A DNA stretch of 64,000 bases from an uncultured Gemmatimonadales bacterium. Its GTDB lineage: Bacteria > Gemmatimonadota > Gemmatimonadetes > Gemmatimonadales > Gemmatimonadaceae. Position 1 is the first letter of the stretch; each line of letters begins with the position of its first letter. The stretch spans positions 1,280,001-1,344,000 of the forward strand of contig CAWKMU010000003.1 of assembly GCA_963850905.1 (NCBI GenBank), written 5' to 3'. Below, one piece after another: positions 50,731 to 58,871 of this stretch. The notes beneath the pieces are model-generated. The model did not search any database. It was not told where the DNA came from and was given only the letters and a program-made list of their open reading frames with translations. Both the position numbers and the translations under genes were made by a program.

Positions 50731-50861
50731 GGGCGGGGTTTGGGGTTTGGGGTCTGGGGTACCTGCAACAAACGACGAGGGCCAGTCGCCGTTCGGCATG
50801 ACTGGCCCTACTCGTTTGTTGCAGGTACCCCAGACCCCAAACCCCAAACCCCGCCCTTAGC
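50726..50861. repeat. 136-bp palindrome with perfect 50-bp arms
   Basis: 50726-50775 is the exact reverse complement of 50812-50861; inner AGGGCCAGTC/GACTGGCCCT. Confidence 0.95.
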
Positions 50862-51729
50862 CCCCCGCCATGGCCTCCTTCACACTCCCCGGGGGCAGCG
50901 CATAGATCAATCGCATCGTTGCCTTGTCAGCTTCGGACAGGTCGCGAACGCGCACACGCGGCGTCATGATGTTCGTGGTGTCGGCGCAATGGTCGAGACC
51001 GAGCAGGTGTCCGACTTCGTGCAGGGCGATCGCCCGAACGGCGGACGCATCGAGGGGTTCGCCATGATTGTGGTGCAGCGCGATGGTAATGTTGGCATCG
51101 ACGATCCACCAATTGTCATCGCGCGCCCACATCGTCTTCCCGCTGATCTGTTCGTCGAAGTGGTCCACCCAGGTCACGTGCACGTCCCCCTGGGACGAGT
51201 CGGTCACGAAGGTGAACGGCACCGGCGCGCCGGCACTGACCCACGTCGTGAACGCGTCTCGCACCTGCCCCACGTAGGCGGGATTCCAATCGGCCAGCTT
51301 GTCGGCAGTCTGCACCCACACGCGCAGCGGGCGCGTCGACAGGCGGTCCGGCCAGCGCGCAATGTTCGAATCGCGCTCGGCGAGGATGTCACCGATATAG
51401 GTGCCCGCTTGGTTCTCGATCAACCGGCGGCGAATCTCGCCAAGATCGCGAATTGGCGCCGGCTCGCGCGACGCTCTGACGTCGGCTCCTGCGACCCCGC
51501 CATCGGCGACGCCGCTCGGAACGACCGCCGCGAAGGCCGGCCGCGACGGAGCCGGGGCAGGAGGCGCAGCATGAGGGGAGGCTGCGGGGACGATCGGGGC
51601 GGTGGCGAGCGATGTGGCGCTCAGCATGGACTGACCAGCTGCTGCTGCGCGAACATCACGCGCTTGGACCGCGATCCACCCGCCAATGCCAACGAGTGGA
51701 GCCAGGAGGAAGAGCTCAGGGCGACGCAT
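50857..51729 (-). CDS. Matrixin (M10) family zinc metalloprotease
   Basis: HEVGHLLGLDH plus Met-turn NIM; N-terminal TM. Confidence 0.9.
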   Translation of the reverse strand: MRRPELFLLAPLVGIGGWIAVQARDVRAAAAGQSMLSATSLATAPIVPAASPHAAPPAPAPSRPAFAAVVPSGVADGGVAGADVRASREPAPIRDLGEIRRRLIENQAGTYIGDILAERDSNIARWPDRLSTRPLRVWVQTADKLADWNPAYVGQVRDAFTTWVSAGAPVPFTFVTDSSQGDVHVTWVDHFDEQISGKTMWARDDNWWIVDANITIALHHNHGEPLDASAVRAIALHEVGHLLGLDHCADTTNIMTPRVRVRDLSEADKATMRLIYALPPGSVKEAMAGG

Positions 51730-51780
51730 CTGAGCCCGGACGAGCAGGCGTGCATCCAGGTCACGCTATACTTTGTCCCG

Positions 51781-52038
51781 GTGTCGTGGGCTCGTCTCTG
51801 CGCGACTCTAGCGCTCCGTGCGGCGCTGCGCCCTGTCCTCGCGGCCGACCTTCTGCGAGTCGCGTGGCGGTTTCGTCGTCGCGCATGGTACCGTCAGCCG
51901 CCGTTTCTTCCGGTGCCGTCAGCAGCGTACGTTCGGTGGCGCATGTACACGGCCTACGGTGATGAGCATGCGGTGCCGCCACGTGTGGATGTCGAGCGCT
52001 ACGCCCAATGGGCAACGGGCGCGAAAACGCGCCCGTAG
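51781..52038 (+). CDS. Small hypothetical protein
   Basis: WYRQPPFLPVP…YVRWRMYTAYG aromatic-rich segment, 85 aa. Confidence 0.65.
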   Translation: MSWARLCATLALRAALRPVLAADLLRVAWRFRRRAWYRQPPFLPVPSAAYVRWRMYTAYGDEHAVPPRVDVERYAQWATGAKTRP

Positions 52039-52132
52039 AGAGGAGTGAGGAGAAAGGCGAAAGGAGAAAGCAGAAGGGAGACGGGTACCGGATCGTCCGC
52101 AGCGACGTGGAGGGGCGACCTTTAGGCCGCCC
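52037..52132. repeat. Seven AGAAAGG-like heptamers followed by a degenerate GTAG-REP
   Basis: agagagg agtgagg agaaagg cgaaagg agaaagc agaaggg agacggg; 52103-52132 matches 6638-6667 at 26/30. Confidence 0.75.
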
Positions 52133-52216
52133 ATCGGGTGCGACACCGTCTGCATTGGCATGTGATACCGGGGCGGGGCCGTTACGACAACTAGCAACGT
52201 GAGGCGGGTAGGGGCG

Positions 52217-53176
52217 ATGGCGAAACGGCGGGCGGCGCGAGTGCCGCGAACAGCGACGGGGAAACACGCGGGTCCAGATCTCCAGGCATCGGCCGAACGC
52301 GCGGCCCGCGCCGGCGCGAAGGAACGCACCGAAGAGGGACATCTGCTTGCGGGCCGCCGGCCGCCGTCACAGGAGGCGGCGCTACCCAGACACTCCGGCG
52401 CCGTACAACGCGTCGAAGACGCGATCCGCGACCTGCCGCCGGTCACCGAAGACGAGAAGCTCCTGCAGGAACACGGGCCGCCGGCGGACTTCACGCGCTC
52501 GGATCCGTGGCGCGTCATGCGGATCATGAGCGAATTCATCGAGGGCTTCGATACCCTCGCCAGCATCAAGAAGGGGGTCTCGATCTTCGGGTCCGCGCGA
52601 ACCGGGCCCGATGATCCGCAATATGCCGCTGCGCGGGAGACGGCCAGGCTGTTGGCCGAGGCGGGCTACGCGATCATCACCGGCGCCGGCCCGGGCATCA
52701 TGGAGGCCGCCAATCGCGGGGCGCGCGAGGGGCATGGGCGATCAGTGGGCTGCAACATCGAGTTGCCGTTCGAGCAAGGGGCCAACCCGTACGTCGATAC
52801 GCTGATCAACTTCCGCTACTTCTTCGTGCGCAAGACGATGTTCATCAAGTACTCGGATGCGTTCGTCATCTTTCCCGGCGGGTACGGCACGCTCGATGAG
52901 CTCTTTGAGGCCCTGACGTTGATCCAGACGGGCAAGATCTATCGCTTCCCCGTCATTCTCTTCGGTCGGCGGTACTGGGCTGGCCTCGTGCGCTGGCTGC
53001 ACACACGCGTCATGCTGGAGCGCAAGATCTCACCTGGCGATCTCGATCTGATGCTGCTCACCGACGATCCCGCGGAGGCCGCGGCGGCAGTGGTCGCGGC
53101 GCACTCGACTGCCTTTCCCGAACGCGGCACGAACGGCGCCGAGGCGGCGGACCGGGCAATCGTGGAGCTCGACTGA
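52217..53176 (+). CDS. LOG family protein (TIGR00730-type nucleotide monophosphate nucleosidase)
   Basis: FGSAR, TGAGPGIMEAAN, FFVRK, PGGYGTLDE. Confidence 0.93.
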   Translation: MAKRRAARVPRTATGKHAGPDLQASAERAARAGAKERTEEGHLLAGRRPPSQEAALPRHSGAVQRVEDAIRDLPPVTEDEKLLQEHGPPADFTRSDPWRVMRIMSEFIEGFDTLASIKKGVSIFGSARTGPDDPQYAAARETARLLAEAGYAIITGAGPGIMEAANRGAREGHGRSVGCNIELPFEQGANPYVDTLINFRYFFVRKTMFIKYSDAFVIFPGGYGTLDELFEALTLIQTGKIYRFPVILFGRRYWAGLVRWLHTRVMLERKISPGDLDLMLLTDDPAEAAAAVVAAHSTAFPERGTNGAEAADRAIVELD

Positions 53177-53259
53177 CGGTGAAAAGCCAGGCAAGTGGAA
53201 CGTCGCGAACGCCATGACGACGCGGCTGTCCGTGACGAGCAAACCGAGTATCCTCCATC

Positions 53260-54506
53260 ATGCCAGGTCATATGCATGATGGACGTTTCGATCACAGCGT
53301 GACCCACGAGCCGGGCCACGAGGCTGGCAATCGGTCACACTTCCTGGACGGCGCGCGCATCGATCCGCGTCCGATTACGGGACGCGAGATCGTCGCAGAC
53401 CTCATCGAGGGGACATTTCTCGCATACAACGCTGCCCGGTTGCGTGAGGCGTGCCAGCTCCTGACCACGCGGATGCTCGAACCGAGATGTCACGGTCGGG
53501 CTCTCGATCACCGGTGCTCTCACGCCGGCCGGGCTCGGGATGGCCGCGCTCATCCCCCTGGTAGAAGCCGGCTTCATCGACTGGATCGTCTCGACTGGCG
53601 CGAACCTCTACCACGACACCCACTTCGGCCTCGGGCTCGCGATGCATCGGGGCACCGCGCAGGCATCGGACATCGTCCTGCGCGCCGAGGGTGTCGTGCG
53701 CATCTACGACATCTTCTTCGACTACGATGTGCTGCTCTCGACGGATGCGTTCTTCCGGCAGATCATTCGCGCACCGGAGTTCCAACGCGCCATGTCGAGC
53801 GCCGAATTCCACTACCTCTGCGGCAAGTACGTGCGCGAGCGCGAGCGAGCGCTCGGCATCGGCCAGAAATCGCTGCTGTCGGCGGCGTACGCGGCGGGCG
53901 TGCCCGTGTACACCTCGTCGCCCGGGGATTCGTCGATCGGCATGAACGTCGCGGCGTTGGCCCTCGACGGCAATGCGTGCGTGATCGACCCCAATCAGGA
54001 TGTGAACGAAACCGCGGCGATCGTGCTCGGGGCGAAGCGCGGCTCCTGGGCGCCCGGTGGTGCGGGCGGCCGCAGCGCCGTGATGATTCTCGGCGGAGGC
54101 AGCCCGAAGAACTTCGTGCTACAAACCGAGCCGCAAATTCAGGAAGTGCTGGGGATCGACGAGCGCGGGCACGACTACTTCCTGCAGGTGACCGACGCGC
54201 GGCCGGATACCGGCGGCCTGTCGGGCGCGACACCGGCCGAGGCGGTGAGTTGGGGGAAGATCGATCCGGATCGGCTGCCGGACGCGGTCGTCTGCTACAC
54301 CGACTCTACGGTCGCCCTTCCGCTGCTCACGGCCTATCGCGCTGGCCCGCCACGCCCCGCGGCCGCTCAAGCGATTGTACGAGCGGCGCGAGGCGATGAT
54401 GCAGCTACTCAGGGACGAGTTCGCGCGCGCGCGGCAGCCCACGCATGGAGCGCCGACGCCGGCACACGCCACTGACGCACATTCGACGTTGCCACAGCAC
54501 CGCTGA
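53260..54506 (+). CDS. Deoxyhypusine-synthase-like protein (probable homospermidine-pathway enzyme), two +1 frameshifts
   Basis: [53 protein letters not shown]; shifts at about 53485 and 54338. Confidence 0.88.
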
Positions 54507-55161
54507 GTCTCGAAGCTCGGTCCCTATCCTCATGGCGTCGGAGGAGGACCGACTCGCTCGCACCGCCCCCGCCATCCACCGAATGCAGCGGCGACCCGAC
54601 ATGCGTATATAGGTAGTCTGCCTGGCCCGAGGCGGCGAGCTGGTTGTCCGTGTTGTAGAGCACATAGGGTACCGTGCCGCTGAACGTCGATCCGCTGACC
54701 GTGTAGGTCACGTTCACGATCCCGCTCACGGTGTCGGTCAGGTTCACCGTGATCGTCGTGGCCGTGGCACTGAACGTCCCCTGTAACGTGTCTCCGAAGG
54801 AGATGTCCCGATTGAAGCTCGAGTCCGTGGCCGTGCGCACGTCGCGGATCGTCAGGTAGTCCATCTCTTCCGCGCTCGAGTCGGTGTTGAGGTACAGCTT
54901 GGAGCTGTCGATATAGGCCTGGAAGACCCGCATGGTGTCGGGGCCGGTCACGCTATCGTAGGCCAGCTGATAGGGCACCGTCGAGTCGTTCACATCCTGC
55001 AGGGCGTAGCTGCCTGCGTACAACGCGCCGCCACCACCCCCGTTGGTCCCGCCACCGCCTGTTGGACCAATCACGCCGGTAGGCGCCGTTTCGTTCTTGT
55101 TCTCGGCGGTGAAGCACGCGACAGCTGTGACCAGGAGCGCGACGGCTGCGAGTCGGTACAT
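54409..55161 (-). CDS. Hypothetical lipoprotein
   Basis: [16 protein letters not shown] lipobox, Gly linker, Thr/Ser-rich beta domain; C-terminus overlaps the convergent gene. Confidence 0.7.
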   Translation of the reverse strand: MYRLAAVALLVTAVACFTAENKNETAPTGVIGPTGGGGTNGGGGGALYAGSYALQDVNDSTVPYQLAYDSVTGPDTMRVFQAYIDSSKLYLNTDSSAEEMDYLTIRDVRTATDSSFNRDISFGDTLQGTFSATATTITVNLTDTVSGIVNVTYTVSGSTFSGTVPYVLYNTDNQLAASGQADYLYTHVGSPLHSVDGGGGASESVLLRRHEDRDRASRLSGAVATSNVRQWRVPASALHAWAAARARTRP

Positions 55162-55478
55162 CGCGCCGGAGGCTCGGGCAGAAATGCGCTTACACACGTC
55201 TCTCATAGGCCCTTCGTCCTTAGTGTAGGCTTGTCCAGGTGGCGGACTGGTCCGGGTTTAGCGCCCCTGGCAGGGACGCCAGAACCCCGCAGGCGGTCAC
55301 AGCGGGAGCCCCCACTTTGACCGAGCTGCCGACAGCGCGACGCCCCGAGCCTCGGTCAGCCTGCCCTGGTGCGGCACCGCACGGCGGGCTGATTGCGGGC
55401 CGCCTCCGCGGCGCTTACGTTGGGCAAAGAGCCCGGCCGCGCACAGCGGCCGGGCGTTCCCCTTTTGTATCCGGTGGT

Positions 55479-55946
55479 ATGATTGAAGAGCTGAAAGTCA
55501 AGCTCGGCGACGAGGTCGCGCGCCTCCAGCACGAGCTGGCGGTTACCCTACCCGCCGAGATCCGCCGAGCGGTCGAACTGGGCGACCTCCGGGAGAACAG
55601 CGAATACAAGGCTGCCCTGGAGCGACAGCAGTTCGTGCAGGCGCGACTCGGCCATCTCCGGCAGCGGTTGAGCAAGCTCTCGCAGGTCGACATCACGCAG
55701 ATCCCACCGGATCGCGTCGGCCTCGGCTCGCGCGTAGTCGTCGAGGATCAGCAGACCAAGGGAATCGAGACCTATAGCCTCGTCTTTGGCGACTCCGTCG
55801 AGCTGGAAGATGGACAGTGCAGCATGTCCTCGCCGATCGGACGCGCGTTGCTTGGACGAGGACTCGGCGACGTGACCGTGCTCAAGCTGCCTACGCTCAC
55901 GCGCCGCCTCAAGATTCTGGAGCTGCGGACGATCCATCAGGCGTAG
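55479..55946 (+). CDS. greA: Transcription elongation factor GreA/GreB family
   Basis: GDLRENSEYKAA, SPIGRALLG. Confidence 0.9.
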   Translation: MIEELKVKLGDEVARLQHELAVTLPAEIRRAVELGDLRENSEYKAALERQQFVQARLGHLRQRLSKLSQVDITQIPPDRVGLGSRVVVEDQQTKGIETYSLVFGDSVELEDGQCSMSSPIGRALLGRGLGDVTVLKLPTLTRRLKILELRTIHQA

Positions 55947-57501
55947 TCGCGTCGCCCAGGCCGAACACGCGCTGCGCATCCCGTGCATAGTCGTCGAGCG
56001 CTCGCTGGCGGGCTGCGGCATCCCAATCCAATAGTGGCGCGACGACCTCGGCAACACGAGGTGCCACGGCAACGCCGGCGTCACGCGTCTCGAACGCAAC
56101 GTGCGTCCGGCGCATGAGCAGGTCGGAGAGTGTGAACGCCCGCTCGCACTGAACACCGTACACGATGTCCGCGAGTCGATAGGGCAGCTGCGGATCGAGC
56201 CGCGCTGACAGCCGCGTGTCTGACGAGGCAAGGGCATCCACGGCCGCGGCTCGCTCACGACCTGGCAATCGCACCACGTGAGTCGTCGTCGGGACGATGG
56301 GTCGCTCCAGCTCAGCCAGCACCGTGTCGACTACCTCCGCCGCCATCGCTCGGTACGTGGTGAGCTTGCCGCCGGTGACCGTCACCATCCCGGACGGCGC
56401 GCGCTCGATCTCGTGTTCGCGGGACGCGCTTGCGGCGTCCGACGGATGCCCGGAGGCCGCAAGCGGACGGATGCCGGCCCACGCGGACACGACGTCCGTG
56501 CGCTCGAGCCGCGCTCGTGGGAACGCGGAGTTAACTGACGACAGCAGGTACTCGATGTCGCCGGTCGCCGCGCGAACCTCATCAGGGTCCGCAGTCGTGT
56601 CGCTCTCGGTCGTCCCAATGATCGTCAGACGGCCCGCTGGAAGTACGAACATGACGCGGCCATCGATGGCGGAGAGCAATGTCACCGCGCCGCGGTTGCC
56701 GACGCGGTGGGCCGGCACTGCGAGATGCACGCCCTTGTCCCCCCGCACGCTCGGGGTGCCGAGCGGGTCGGCGAGTTGACGCACGGAATCGGTCCACGGG
56801 CCCGTCGCATTGACGATCGCACTGGCGCGAACCGAGACCTCATCGCCTGACAGCCTGTCGTAGACTCCCGCGCCGACGGCGCGGCCACTGGCATCGTGTA
56901 TGATCGAGCGGACAGTGGCGTGGTTGAGGATCGCGGCACCCGAGCCAGCTGCGGCCAGTGCGTTGGCGAGGGTCAGTCGCGCGTCGTCGGTTGCTGCGTC
57001 GAAGTACTCGGCTCCGCCAGTCAATCCCCGCGGATCGAGCTCCGGCTCACGCAGCAGCACCCCGCCGGCAGTGAGTCGGCGGTGCCTCGCGACGTTCCGC
57101 CACAACGCCAGCGCATCGTAGAGCATGAGTCCGGCGCCGAGCTTCCATCCGGGGACGCGGGCGCCCTGGTAGACGGGCCAGGTAAACCGAAGCGGCCGAA
57201 CGAGGTGGGGGGCAATGTGGAGGAGGGTCCGCCGCTCGCGGCTGGCCTCGAACACCAAATGGAAATGCCCGTACTCCAGATACCGTACGCCGCCGTGAAT
57301 GAGGCGCGAAGAACGGCTCGATGTCCCACTCCCAAAATCATCGCGCTCAATGAGGGCGGTCCGCAGACCGCGGAGTGCGGCATCCCGTGCAATGCCCGCT
57401 CCGGTGATCCCACCGCCAATGACCAGCAGGTCAAATGGTGAGCTCGCGAGGTCGCGGAGGGTATCGAAGCGGCCGCTGCGCGACCGAGAGAGTAGACCCA
57501 C
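55909..57501 (-). CDS. glpD: FAD-dependent glycerol-3-phosphate dehydrogenase/oxidase
   Basis: IGGGITGAG, GTSSRSSRLIHGGVRYL, NATGPW, AGIRPL, GGKLTTYR; start uncertain. Confidence 0.93.
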   Translation of the reverse strand: MGLLSRSRSGRFDTLRDLASSPFDLLVIGGGITGAGIARDAALRGLRTALIERDDFGSGTSSRSSRLIHGGVRYLEYGHFHLVFEASRERRTLLHIAPHLVRPLRFTWPVYQGARVPGWKLGAGLMLYDALALWRNVARHRRLTAGGVLLREPELDPRGLTGGAEYFDAATDDARLTLANALAAAGSGAAILNHATVRSIIHDASGRAVGAGVYDRLSGDEVSVRASAIVNATGPWTDSVRQLADPLGTPSVRGDKGVHLAVPAHRVGNRGAVTLLSAIDGRVMFVLPAGRLTIIGTTESDTTADPDEVRAATGDIEYLLSSVNSAFPRARLERTDVVSAWAGIRPLAASGHPSDAASASREHEIERAPSGMVTVTGGKLTTYRAMAAEVVDTVLAELERPIVPTTTHVVRLPGRERAAAVDALASSDTRLSARLDPQLPYRLADIVYGVQCERAFTLSDLLMRRTHVAFETRDAGVAVAPRVAEVVAPLLDWDAAARQRALDDYARDAQRVFGLGDATTPDGSSAAPES

Positions 57502-57508
57502 AGAAAGT

Positions 57509-57545
57509 AGAAAGTAGACCACGGCGCGCCCGTGGTCTACTTTCT
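57509..57545. repeat. Perfect 16-bp inverted repeat between divergent glpD and fadI
   Basis: AGAAAGTAGACCACGG-cgcgc-CCGTGGTCTACTTTCT with AAGTAGA heptamers. Confidence 0.8.
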
Positions 57546-57575
57546 CGGCCGCGCCAGCGGCCGTAGCTTCCGATC

Positions 57576-58871
57576 ATGCCCACGTTCGGAAATGGTCGTC
57601 GCGTAGTGGTCGTTGCTGGCCTGCGCACGCCATTTGCCAAGGCGGGGACGGTGCTCAAGTCGATGTCGGCGATCGACCTCGGGCGCGCGTGCGTGTCGGA
57701 GCTCATCGAGCGGACGAACCTCGATCCTGCGCAGCTGGAAGCCGTGGTGTTTGGCACGGTCATCCCGTCGGTACTCGCACCCAACATCGCGCGTGAGATC
57801 GCGCTGATGCCGCTGCTGCCAAAGGGCGTCCAGGCCTACTCGGTGAGCCGCGCCTGCGCGTCCGCGAACCAGGCGATCACCGACGCGGCTGACCAGATCG
57901 CCCTCGGACAGGCCGACGTCGTGATCGCCGGTGGGGCCGAGTCGCTATCCAACATCCCGATTCTCCACGCCCAGGGCTTCGCCGACGCCTTGATGGCTGC
58001 CAATCGCGCCAAGACGCTCCCGCAACGCCTCGGCGCGTTTTCCCGCGTGCGACCCAAGGATCTGCGACCGATCGCGCCCGCGATCGCGGAGCCGTCGACG
58101 GGCGAGACGATGGGTCAGTCCGCCGAGAAAATGGCGAAGATCAATCACATTCCGCGCGATGAACAAGACCAGTTCGCGCTGCGGTCGCATCGGCTGGCTG
58201 CGGCGGGGACGGCCGACGGCCGGCTCACCGCGGAGATCGCGCCAACCTACGTGTCGCCACGGTACGAGACAGTCGTCACGAGCGACAACGGCATTCGCGA
58301 CCAAACGAGCTACGACCAGCTCGCAGCGCTCAAACCCGTATTCGATCGCACTTATGGCACGGTGACGGCGGGGAATTCCTCACCGCTCACCGACGGCGGC
58401 GGCGCGGTGCTGCTCATGAGCGAGTCGCGCGCCCGGGCCCTCGGATATGCACCGCTCGCCGTCATCCGCTCCTACGCATACGCGGCGCTCGATCCCGGCG
58501 AGCAGCTCTTGCAGGCGCCGGTGCTCGCGGCACCGGTGGCACTTCGCCGGGCGGGTCTGACGCTCAAGGACATGGATCTCATCGAGATGCACGAAGCGTT
58601 CGCCGCGCAGGTTCTCTCCAACCTGCGCGGCTTCGAGTCGCAGCAATGGGCAGAGCGAGCCGGCCTGTCCGCGCCGCTCGGAGAGGTCGATCGCACCCGC
58701 CTCAATGTCATGGGCGGCTCGATCGCGATCGGTCACCCGTTCGGCGCGACCGGGGCGCGCATCCTGACCACGCTCTGCCACGAGCTCGCCCGGCGGCGGG
58801 GCCAGTTTGGTCTCCTCACGGTATGTGCGGCCGGCGGCCTGGGCCACGCGATGGTCGTCGAGCGAGTCTGA
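57576..58871 (+). CDS. fadI: Acetyl-CoA C-acyltransferase (thiolase)
   Basis: PNIARE, SRACAS, HEAFAAQ, GHPFGATG, CAAGG. Confidence 0.92.
   Translation: MPTFGNGRRVVVVAGLRTPFAKAGTVLKSMSAIDLGRACVSELIERTNLDPAQLEAVVFGTVIPSVLAPNIAREIALMPLLPKGVQAYSVSRACASANQAITDAADQIALGQADVVIAGGAESLSNIPILHAQGFADALMAANRAKTLPQRLGAFSRVRPKDLRPIAPAIAEPSTGETMGQSAEKMAKINHIPRDEQDQFALRSHRLAAAGTADGRLTAEIAPTYVSPRYETVVTSDNGIRDQTSYDQLAALKPVFDRTYGTVTAGNSSPLTDGGGAVLLMSESRARALGYAPLAVIRSYAYAALDPGEQLLQAPVLAAPVALRRAGLTLKDMDLIEMHEAFAAQVLSNLRGFESQQWAERAGLSAPLGEVDRTRLNVMGGSIAIGHPFGATGARILTTLCHELARRRGQFGLLTVCAAGGLGHAMVVERV

Noticed and set aside
15530..50861. CRISPR interpretation of the repeated palindromes
   Set aside because: Copies are dispersed with no repeat-spacer array, and there are no cas genes
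50416..52038. ORFs beginning MGFGVWGTCNK on both strands, and MGCGVWG at 18820
   Set aside because: Translations of the palindromic repeat; only 51781-52038 looks like a real gene
53480..54340. Programmed frameshifting in the DHS-like gene as polyamine sensing
   Set aside because: No slippery site or in-frame stop at the shifts, and similar +1 insertions occur in unrelated genes
55207..55478. Possible ncRNA between the lipoprotein gene and greA
   Set aside because: GC-rich pairing only; no SRP, 6S, tmRNA or tRNA features recognised
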